Shown here piece after piece: positions 1 through 11,509 of a DNA stretch of 64,000 bases; the first letter of the stretch is position 1, and the number at the start of each line of letters is the position of its first letter. Under the pieces are notes generated by a model that was not told the origin of the DNA, ran no database searches, and saw only the letters and a list, made by a program, of their open reading frames with translations. The stretch is from assembly GCA_964016885.1 (NCBI GenBank), contig OZ024740.1, positions 192,944,001-193,008,000 of the forward strand, written 5' to 3'. This DNA comes from Eledone cirrhosa. Lineage: Eukaryota. The position numbers were made by a program, and so were the translations under genes.

Positions 1-143
1 TGTTCTCAGCCCGCTACTAAAAAAAAAATATATATATATATATATAGATAGAGAGAGAGAGGGGGGAGTGTGTGTGTGTGTATGTGGTGCTGGGACGGGG
101 AAGACTATTAATTACCGGAATACTCTCTGCATGGGCAGAATTT

Positions 144-183
<40 letters not shown>

Positions 184-189
<6 letters not shown>

Positions 190-2802
190 ACAGGGAGATT
201 ATTAGGAAGAAAATATATATCTTTTTCCTTTTTTGTCTCTCTCTCTCTCTTTTCTGAGTTAGAAAGTGATTAAAACGAAATGTTTTACTTTGTGTGAAGT
301 GTTAAAGTATTAGTTGATTTATTTATTATTTAACGATGGTATTTATTCATAAACATATTATGAAAAGGCCCAACACTACACACAACAGAAAAGAATGAGA
401 AACATAAAATCCCTAACAACTCTTTACAAAGAAGGCCTTACAGATAAGGAATACAACTACATCACCAATTTCAAAATCAGAACCAGCCTTTTCTACGGTA
501 TCCCCAAGACACACAAAAGCGAAATAATAGGTAGGCCTGCAAGCAAGTCACAGGCGTTTACATCAATATAGCCCCTCCTGATGACCTTAAATTAAGACCC
601 ATAATAGCAGGCACCACATGTGAAACCCACCGCCTAAGCAATTTCCTAGATATTCTGCTTAAACCTTTCCTAAAACATATAAAAAGCTTCATAAGGGATG
701 ACCTTGACATGCTCAACCACCTCCCAACAACACTCAATAACGGACATACCCTACTTGTAAACTTTGATGTCATCAATTTATATTCCAATATCCCACACAA
801 CCTAGGTATAGAGGCAATACAATTCTGGATGGAAACTTTCCCCAGTGAACTCCCACAGCGCATCCCTAAAGAAATTTTGTTGGAGGGACTCCAATTCATC
901 TTGGAAAACAATTTCTTCGAATCAATGCCAAATACTACAGACAGAAATCTGGGACTGCCATGGGCACGAAAGTGGCCTCCTCATAAGCCAACCTTGTCAT
1001 GGGATATTTGGAAACCATTCTCTACCGCAAAGTTCTAGACAAATACGGCAACCACTTCTACCAACACATAGAAAAGAACTGGAAGAGATATCTGGACGAC
1101 TGCTTCATCCTCTGAATGAAAGTATAGTTAGACTGTTTGAGTTCAAAACCCTTCTGAATGGTCTCAACACAAACTTACAATTCACAATGGATTACAGCCA
1201 TGAACAACGCCCTTTCCTCGATATCCTCATCAAGAAAACAAGCAACAAAATTGAACCAGATATATACTACAAACCCACAGACTCCAAACAATACCTTCCA
1301 TTCAACTCGTGCCACTCTAGACACACCAAAATGGCAAATCCTTATAACCTAGCCAGAAGGATCTGCACAATAGTTTCAGATAAATACACTTGCTACACAC
1401 GACAAGAAGAATTAAAAAACACACTTATCAGCAGAAACTACCCACCATCTCTAATCACCAATGGTTTCCAACGTACCCTAAAACTAGGCATCCAGGAACT
1501 CAGACATTCCAAACCCAGGAATGAACCGCAACAAAAAACTCTACCATACACCTCCACACACAACCCCCTAAACAATGAGGCATTCGACACCATCCTCAAG
1601 AACATTGCTTTACTAAAAAGAGACCCAAGAATGAACAATATCCTCCAAACACACAACATCATAAAGAGCAAAAGACAACCCAAATCATAAAAACATCCTT
1701 ACACAAGCCAAAATTCAACAAACCCTCACAATGTACAGTAACAAAATGCGGAAGGCCCAAATGTGGCATATGCATAAATCTACTAGAAGGTTCAACATTC
1801 CATTTTAAACAAAGACAACGTTCCACAGTTAAACACAACTTTACATGTGCATCTTAAAACCGTATCTATGTTTTGACCTGCTCAGGTTGTCAAGAGCACT
1901 ACATAGGACAGACAAAAAACAGCCTCCGTCAACGTATGACCATCCATAAATCACAAATTAAAATACAGGAATACAGAAAGATTGCATTTAGTGAACAAAT
2001 CGCCAATTGTGCTCTCAACCAACATCCAAACTTTAAAATGTTCCCCATTTACAAATTCATAGACAACGCTACTTTCATCCAACGTACCAATAAGGAAACA
2101 CATTTCATTAATAAATTTCAACCCCTACTAATGCCCTAAAAACCGGACCAATCTAAAACGGCAACAAACAATTAAAACATTTACAAGACAACCTCACACC
2201 CTACCTAATCTTTTTTCATAAATAAATTAAATATCACCCAGCAAGAATTGCTTCCACCTGCATATTAACTCTCTTAAAAGGGAAATCATATCAAACCTCA
2301 GTCCAGCATTTGCCTCCATCACGGAATCATGGATCAACTAAGCACTCTTGCAATATTAACACATTTTGATCTGCTTAACTTCAATGACTTTGCTTGTAAA
2401 TAACGTTATTTTTTCTTCCACATTGACTTTTTACATTCTACATTATGCACGTTTTTATTCCTTTTTCTTTTTTCTTTTCACTTCATAAACCTTGTTTGTA
2501 AATAACCTTATTCTTTCTGCACCTTCTGTTTAACATGTGCGACACCACACTAATGAATTTCACTATCATTTGATAATGCATAAAAATTGTGAAACCGGTA
2601 ATAGACAATAATTAAATATATAAATAGATAAATAATTGCCATTGTTAAATAATAAATAAATCAACTAATACCTTAACACTTCACACAAAGAAAAACATTT
2701 CGTTTTATTCATTTTCTAACCCAGAAAAAAGAGAGAGAGAAACAAAAAAGGAAAAAAATATATTTTTCTTCCTAATAATCGTCTCTTTCTCCCTATTTTC
2801 AT
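184..2802 (+). mobile_element. Penelope-like retroelement (Neptune-like), 5'-truncated and degenerate, with inverted terminal pseudo-LTR segment
   Basis: ORF pieces 709-1038, 845-1690 and 1873-2139 give RT motifs (FDVINLYSNIPH; RYLDD in a shifted frame; FLDILI; YYKPTDSKQYL) and GIY-YIG (CSGCQEHYIGQTKNSLRQRMTIH). 184-347 is the reverse complement of ~2636-2802. Flanked by (TA)n. Confidence 0.9.
2563..2604 (+). ncRNA. Hammerhead ribozyme-like motif (type I, U3:A8 core variant)
   Basis: ctatcat-TTGATAA-tgcataaaaattgt-GAAAC-cg-GTA-atag in the PLE 3' pseudo-LTR. Stem I is imperfect. Confidence 0.55.
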
Positions 2803-2843
2803 ATATATATATATCCTGACGCGTGTGCTTCCTCTCCCCATTT

Positions 2844-2951
<108 letters not shown>

Positions 2952-2955
2952 CCAC

Positions 2956-2992
<37 letters not shown>

Positions 2993-3562
2993 ACATCAAC
3001 TGCACTAGAAATGTTTCATTTGTATAATCAGGACTTTCCTGATGTATGAAACTGTTCTTATCATTTAGCATTCATTTCCTTATAACATACAAAGGCCTTA
3101 TTCTCTACTAATTTATTGAGTAACTTCTTTAACTGTGGTCATCTCCTGACACTTATTGGGCATCTACTCGTAATATAGATGAAAAAACAAACAATTAAAA
3201 TGTAATATTAATATTTGATTTTTAAGTGATCGTGTCTAATTAAATCGTGAAATTTTCATGAGGTCAGTTATTTTTTAAAATTTGCTTTGGAACATAAATC
3301 ATATAAGTGCTGATATTCATATATATTGAAGGGCTTTTTATGGTGTAGGGTAAGGGCAATGTCCTTAAATGAGGCAAAACATACCCTCGTACTTTTGGTT
3401 GTCAATGCTTATGAATTCATGAGCTATTATAATGAATATTTGCTTCTTTTTCTACTGGATGAGACGTGGACGGATAAAAATTCCCATATCTGTGCACTGA
3501 CGCAGTACACACACACGCACACACACACAAATAAACACACGCACACGCACATACCCACACAC

Positions 3563-3602
<40 letters not shown>

Positions 3603-3765
3603 TTCTATCTAGAGAGGACATAACTGATATACAGGATCGCACACATACATATAAGCAATCACTAAGCTAGATGTCTATACAGAAAACTACACACAGTCGT
3701 TCCCTCAACAAACGAGATTCTTTCGTGAAAGATTTTTACAACTGAATAAATATTGTATACCCTGG

Positions 3766-3882
3766 CGGATAAAATAGAGAAGGCGTTTCCCCGGAGGATG
3801 CTGAGGGAGACGCGAGCTGGAATTGCTCTGCTACGCGTCAAACTCAGCATCCTCCGGGGAAACGCCTTCCCTATTTTGTCCG
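3766..3882. repeat. GC-rich ~117-nt fold-back hairpin
   Basis: cggataaaatagagaaggcgtttccccggaggatgctgag pairs with ctcagcatcctccggggaaacgccttccctattttgtccg, with an inner gacgcg/cgcgtc stem. Confidence 0.9.
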
Positions 3883-4111
3883 ACGGGCCCGCGAGGTGGC
3901 CAGTGTGTGGTGCTTCCATTTGACCAGAAAAGTGAGAGATGGGGAGAGCGGGAGAGACGGAGGCAGTAACAATGGGAGTTTAGTTGCTTTGCGTTCGGAG
4001 CTTGTGTATATATGTGTATATAAGGGAGAATGCGTCTAAAAGTTGTTTCTTGTTTTGAAGTATCATGAAGATAATATGTATACCCCTATTTTGATAAATT
4101 AAACAGTCATT

Positions 4112-4490
4112 TAATCGCCAGGGCCTTTGCCTTTCAGTCTTGATCTATCAGTTGAAACGGCAAGAGCTCAGTCGTCAGGGTCCTGACCCAGTTATATAAC
4201 CATATTCTGCTAACCCTAGTAGCAAGCAATATGGTGAGTAATGGTTTTAACCAGCTTCTAACTGAATCCATCCTGATATATATATATCAATCAAATTACT
4301 AAATAAGAGGAAATAATAGACAAAAATATACCTTTTTTCTTCAAAGTCCCGACATCGCAGTTTCGCTGATCCATATGGAACAATTGTTCATTATGAAATA
4401 AAATGCACTCCCGTTGTGGGGCCAATAAGCTTGTCAAGGAACACCTCAGAGAAATGGACTGTTTTCCAGGCGCGTTTGTAACAAAAGTGA
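4112..4490 (+). pseudogene. Possible decayed fibronectin type-III exons
   Basis: Translations VVRVLTQLYNHILLTLVASNM followed by gtgagt (~4234), and ADPYGTIVHYEIKCTPVVGPISLSRNTSEKWTVF after a pyrimidine-AG (~4346), resemble FN3 strands. Stops are nearby and the resemblance is by eye only. Confidence 0.25.
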
Positions 4491-4705
4491 GAACATTTTT
4501 ATAGGCGGAGGGAGGAATTAACAAGTGATATATCGTTCAAGAAAAACGACTGTTTCCTTTTTAGCTAGTGAAAAAAGGGCGGGGGGAGAAATTAATATAT
4601 GATACAGAGATAACAAGCGGGTAGTAAGGTGTACAGAATGTGACTATCGTATTTGCTAAAGAAACCCGTTAGTACAATTTCGGGTTAACTGTTTGAGACT
4701 ATATA

Positions 4706-4895
4706 AAAATTGTTTCTACTTTTGGCACAATGCCAGCAATTATGTCAGTGAATTACTGGTACTTTATTTTATCGACCCCGTAACGATGAAAGGCAAAGTT
4801 TACCTCGGCGGGATTTGAACTCAGACTGTAAAGGGCCGTAACTCGATGTTGCAAAGCTATGCGTCCGACCCTCTACCGATACTGCCAATCCCCCA
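4706..4895 (-). mobile_element. tRNA-derived SINE (Meta-domain-like core)
   Basis: The reverse complement contains gagttcaaatcccgccgaggtaaactttgcctttcatcgttacggggtcgataaaataaagtaccag, the same family as 18565-19420. Confidence 0.85.
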
Positions 4896-4898
4896 ATG

Positions 4899-5733
<835 letters not shown>

Positions 5734-5992
5734 GTTCGTGAGCCCCCTTTTTTTAGTAAAAAGAAATTCAAACACTCATGTATGAAAAAACAACGTGTGC
5801 CCTGCCCCTCAACTTGTTTGAAGAACTTTGTAGCGCGAACTGGTGCGAAATTTATTATAATTATTGACCAATCAATCAATTTACTTCTCTACAAACCTGG
5901 CGTTTCGAGCCACTTTTTTTACATATAAAACAAGTAACATTCAAAGACCAGCCAGATGTGCGAAAAACCACAGACCCTCCATCTCAACTCTA

Positions 5993-6028
5993 CTTTTGAA
6001 AAGTAGAAGAATTGCGAAACCGGTAAAG
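5993..6028 (+). ncRNA. Hammerhead ribozyme motif (type I minimal, U3:A8 core variant)
   Basis: ctt-TTGAAAA-gtag aagaa ttgc-GAAAC-cg-GTA-aag. The surrounding ~5950-6060 is homologous to the PLE tail at ~54350-54445 (minus). Confidence 0.65.
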
Positions 6029-6085
6029 GAAACAAATAAATATATATATATTTTTTTTAAATAAGACTCCAGTTGCCTTTCCATT

Positions 6086-6437
<352 letters not shown>

Positions 6438-6540
6438 GTGTAGTGTTAGAACACTGGAAGGTAATATCCGTAACGGTAGAGCACTCAGTCCATGGGACGA
6501 GTTAGGTGGAAGTGGTTACACAACAGTTAGTTCACCATAC

Positions 6541-6577
6541 CGAGAACAATTGTTTCACCTTACGGATCTTCAGCTCG
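6541..6577 (-). ncRNA. Hammerhead ribozyme (type I minimal)
   Basis: Minus strand: cgag-CTGAAGA-tccgtaaggt-GAAAC-aatt-GTT-ctcg. Confidence 0.8.
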
Positions 6578-7340
6578 AAATGGGCATGGTTATACGGCAC
6601 AGGAAGGACAACCGTACGAACGCACATGCGCAGAACCCCGTCACTTCACACAGGCAATAATCAAATGCGTGCCAGAGGTGTAAGGGAGATAACTGCGAAA
6701 GTCCCAAAAGTTTTTAGTTGATAAGAAAAATTATTGTTGTTAAAATAATTCATTCAATCCGTAGCTTTGTAGTTAATCAATAGGTGTTTCGAGACGTGTG
6801 GACAACGTGTGAAAAATTCATGTCTCGTGTTTAGGCAATCACTATTGCATAATCTCTTTAAAATATGTATTCGTTCGTCAATACACAGTCCACACGACGG
6901 ATTTCCCCTTGTGTTTGGCTTGGACTTAGTGATGGATTTCCATTGAATGGAGTAGTATATACTTGAGTCCTTGAGGGACCATACGTGTGTCACGAGTTTC
7001 GTGGATGAACGTCTGTCCGGGAACCTAAAGGTCGACTGAACGAATAAATATTATAAAGAGATTATGCAATAGTGATTGCCTAAACACGAGAAATGAATTT
7101 TTCACAACGTTGTCCACACGTCTCGAAACACATATTACATAACTACAACGCTCCGGATTGAATGAATTATTGTAACAACATCAATATTTTTTCTTATCAA
7201 CTAAAAACTTTTCGGACTTTCGAAGTTATCTCCCTTATACCTCTCGCACGCACTTTAGTATTGCCTGTGGGAAGTGACGGGTTTCTGCGCAAGCGCGTTC
7301 GTACGGTTTTCCTCCCGGTTCCGTATAACCATGCCCATTA

Positions 7341-7378
7341 CGAGCTGAGGATCCGCTAAGGCGAAACAATTGTTCTCG
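7341..7378 (+). ncRNA. Hammerhead ribozyme (type I minimal)
   Basis: cgag-CTGAGGA-tccgctaaggc-GAAAC-aatt-GTT-ctcg, with palindromic stem III (aacaattgtt). Confidence 0.8.
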
Positions 7379-9845
7379 GTATGGTGAACTAACTGTTGTG
7401 TAACCACTTCTACCTAACTCATCCCATGGACTGAATGCTCTACCACTACGGATATTACCTTCAAGTGTTCTGCCATTATATACGTCTCCAGCACCGGTCA
7501 GCAGATTCTCTTCTGTACGTAGAAGTTTGGCTTTTAGCAGATTCTTCAACACGTGCGAGTTTGGCTTACTTCCCTGAGAGCGCTCTCTATATCCTCGTGT
7601 CCTACACCATTTTCTGTCTCATCAACGTCAGTATTTATACGAACTGGATTACTCCCTGAAGAACTTTCCAACTCCCTCCAATCATGTTTACGAAAAGATT
7701 CTCCTAAAAGCGGAAGATGACGTCAGGCGCTTCAGATAGCGAGCCCTAGCTTTTGACGGCAAAATTACAGGCACCAATAACACCTTCAACCTGAAATCGA
7801 GAGCCTACTCTCCTAAGGTAACTGAACTTGCTCCTTTCGAGACGGACCTTCTTCACTTAGTCGCTAACATTTCCTTTCGCAAACTCACTAACACCTTTCA
7901 AATTTAACTCAGAAATGATAATAAGAAATTTAAGTCTTCTAATAATACCTTCGTTCTTTCCGACATAACTAATAATATTTACGAAGTCGACAACACCACT
8001 TTCCGCCACCTGGCCCACAACGCTATTACTTCCAAATACAAAAAAGCTAACCCTATGGCCTACCACGACATTAATACAGAAGCCAAAGAACTTGCCGCCG
8101 CCCTTAAGGTAGATAAGAAGCTACAATCTCTAGCTAAGCGGGAGGCGTTCCTCACCCTGAAAAATCACAAGGTAAACTTTACTTCTAACCCCACATGTAG
8201 ACTAATAAACCCGGCACGCACAGATATGGGACTAGTCAGTAAGGCCATACTTAGAAACATAGTTAAGACCATTAGGACCAAGTCCAACCTGCGCCAGTGG
8301 GAGAACAGCGAGTCCTTAAAATCCCCAAAAGCGAAGTTTACAGTTTGACATTGTCGATTTTTACCCCTCGATCTCGGAGACCCTTTTAAACAAATCGTTG
8401 GACTTCGCTACCACTTACACCACCGTTGATGGTTTAGACAGGGAAATCATCGCTCACTGCCGGAAAACCCTCCTCTTCAAAGACGGAGTAGCCTGGGCAA
8501 AGAGTCTACAACTTCAGACCTATTCGACGTCTCCATGGGATCGTTTGACAGTGCTGACGTATGTGACTTGGTTGGCCTATTTATTTTAGACATATTACGT
8601 GTTAGATTCCCCGACTTCCACACGGAATATACCTCGACGATAGACTGACCTTATCGAGCCATAAAAGTGGTCACGACCTCGACCCGTTTAAAAAAGACTT
8701 AGCTTCTACCTTCAATGAGTTAGGACTTAGGACAACATCTCTAGCGTAGATTTCTTAGACATTAATTTAGACCTTCGCACCCACACCCACACACCCTTCC
8801 ATAAGCTAAACTAAAAACTCAGTTATATTCACAAGGACTCATGCTACCCTCCCACTGTTTTTAGAAACTTCGTAAATAATATCAGTACTAGAATCTCAAA
8901 CCTCTCCTCTAATAAGTCTATCTTTGACAGGGCGGCACCTTACTATAACGCGGCGTTAGCTAACAGCGGCTTCTCACAACGTATCACTTACTCTCCCACT
9001 ATCAACAACAGCAATAAGAAAAGAAAGCGCAACAATAGACAAACTATCTGGTTCTCTCCTTCCTCTGACTCACCGTTAAAATCAATGTAGGCAAAACATT
9101 TCCAGCCCTCTTAGAAAGACACTTTCCCATAGGTCATAAATACCGCTCCTTCTTTAACCGACACAAAGTAAAACTAGGATGCTCCTGCGCTAAGAACATG
9201 AAGGTCCACATCACCAGCATCCCTAGGAGGAGCACCCCACCAGGGTGCTCTTGCCGTAAGCCCGAAGCTTGCCCCCTTCAACAGCAATGTAACACACCAG
9301 CTGTAATTTATGATGATGTGGTCACTTCCAACCGACCAAACCAACCACAGAACATCAAATCCTATGTGGGCATGGTGGAGGGCCGATTTAAGGAACGTTT
9401 CCTGAACCATCAGTCGAAATTTAGGTATCCGGACAGATGTTCATCCCCGAAACTCGCGAGCTACGCATGGTCTATCAAGGACTCAAATATAGACTACTCC
9501 ATTCAATGGAAAGCCATCATTAAGTCCAAGCCATACGCAAGGGGAAATCCGTCGTGTGGACTGTGTATTGACGAACGAATAAATATTCTAAAGAGATTAT
9601 GCAATAGTGATTACCTAAACACGAGCAATGAATTTTTCACACGTTGTCCACACGTCTCGAAACACATATTGCATAACTACAACGCTCCGGATTTTTTCTG
9701 ATCAACTAAACACTTTTCGGACTTTCGCAGTTATCTCCATTACACATCTCGCACGCATTTTAATATTGCCTGTGTGAAGTGACGGGTTTCTGCGCCTGTG
9801 CGTTCGTACTGTTGTCCTACCTGTTCCGTATAACCATGTCCATTA

Positions 9846-9883
9846 CGATTTGAGGATCCGCTAAGGTGAAACAATTGTTCTCG
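9846..9883 (+). ncRNA. Degenerate hammerhead copy in the 3' pseudo-LTR
   Basis: cgat-TTGAGGA-tccgctaaggt-GAAAC-aatt-GTT-ctcg (C3U without a compensating change). Confidence 0.6.
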
Positions 9884-9939
9884 GTATAGTGCACTAACTG
9901 TTGTGAAACCACTTCTATATATATATATATATATAGATA

Positions 9940-10041
<102 letters not shown>

Positions 10042-10051
10042 TGTAAATAGA

Positions 10052-11457
10052 TATCTTTCGCCACAGAGACGTAAAAAAATGGGACATTACAAGTCATGAC
10101 TGCGGGGTTTTACATCAAAATCATATAACTTTAACATTAATAAATAACAATAAACAATATATAATAAAATAACAATTGAAATCCACAATAGGGGGAACGT
10201 TACTAAGCGTTGTTTTACACTCTGTGGACAGAACAATCCTCCACACCAGGAACACTTTTTTTTAGGTGTTCCCGTCTTCCCTCTGTTTATCTTCCTCAAT
10301 TTACAGGTTTAAATACAAAGAAGACCCATTTACTCGGGTCATTTTCGTCACATTCACCCACCTTTCAGCGAATTTACTGACGTGTAGCACCTCCCTCTGC
10401 ACTCTCACCTTCCTTCTGATGTGGTACTTAAATAAGGGGATTAATTGTTGTCCGGATACAAAGGTTTTTTCCGTCAGTCTATTTAACCTCGTCCACCATA
10501 TTACCTCTTTCGCCATAGCCATCAGACAGAGGAAAACCGCCTCTCCTTCATTCTCAAATGAAGGCGGGGTGATGATCCTCACAATGGACTCGGCTGACAA
10601 CTTGATGGTCCCCCATGTGACAGTGGCTGTTAGACATAATTCTCCAGGTCGGTTACCCTTGGGCACGGATCAATGGCGTGCAGAACGGTTTCGATATCCT
10701 GCTCGCATCTTGGACAGGCCCTTTTGGCAGGATCTCTGCCAGGGCGTCCGTCTCTGTAGATTTTGTCTCGAACTGGCACAGGTCCTCGGTAGCACTGCCA
10801 GGCCAGAGATCTCTGGAAGTTATTCATAAGCGCTGGACGGAAAGTCCTCCATAACAGACTGGTCAGTTCGTATCGTCCACTAAACCCCTATAGAATGTCG
10901 AAGTGGAGTCTCTGCTGATTGCCGTTTCCGCTTGGTAGAGGGCTGTGAGCGCCTAAAGGCACTCAAGTTTCTCGGCGCCCATTTTCGGTCTTCGCTCGAC
11001 CCAGGACTGCAGCTCTGTTAGTGAGACGAATTGTGTTAGAGCTCGTCTCACAAACGCAACCACGCCGGTTCGCCGGTCAGGAATACCTGGAGACGGTCCT
11101 TCCGTCCAGCGCCCAACAACACTGTCGGAAGGCATGGGTTTGCCTCTCCATGTGCCGAGTTGCAAACCGACAGATATGTTTGGGTTCAGTCCTGCTCCTG
11201 TCAACGTTTCGTATTCCTGTAATAGGTTGCTGATTACCCCGATTTGCGAGGTTTTAGACAACATTACGGTTACGTCGTCGGCATAGGCCGACACTGCTTT
11301 CTGCAGTCCTGGTTCGATCGGGATGCCCTGCAACAGCTCCAACTTCCGCAGTAAGGGCTCGAGAATCAGTACATACAGGATGGAGGAGAGAGGGCATCCC
11401 TGACGTATGAAACACAGGATTTGGAATGGCTCCGATAGGTAGCCATTCACCTTGACT
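10052..11457 (-). mobile_element. L1/Tx1-clade LINE, 5'-truncated with internal deletions (subfamily beta)
   Basis: RQGCPLS and SAYADDVTV (10953-11450), plus C-terminal CPRC..ETVLHA zinc-finger pieces. Homologous to 35340-37120. Confidence 0.9.
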
Positions 11458-11509
11458 ATCTATATAGATAGATAGAAAATAGATAGTTAGATAGTTAGAT
11501 AGATAGATA

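Larger units (their letters stand above)
6444..9913 (+). mobile_element. Penelope-like retroelement (probably Hydra-clade type), degenerate, with inverted plus tandem pseudo-LTRs
   Basis: 6444-~7040 is an inverted copy of the 3' end, ~7040-7470 is an upstream direct copy, and the body runs ~7490-9701. RT pieces: LKNHKVNFTSNPTCRLINPA and QFDIVDFYPSI. GIY-YIG ORF 9198-9701 has CSC..CPL..C, YVGM, CGLC and CPH. The 3' pseudo-LTR runs to 9913, with (TA)n on both sides. Confidence 0.9.

Noticed and set aside
1113-1115. In-frame TGA in the PLE RT as a possible selenocysteine codon (as in some Naiad PLEs)
   Set aside because: The sister copy has Trp here (FILWQES), so it is a TGG>TGA nonsense change. 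The endonuclease is also C-terminal, unlike Naiad.
3012-3052. Small inverted repeat with cctgatg..gaaac
   Set aside because: The core is incomplete and there is no stem II or cleavage triplet in register. At most it is a decayed HHR palindrome.
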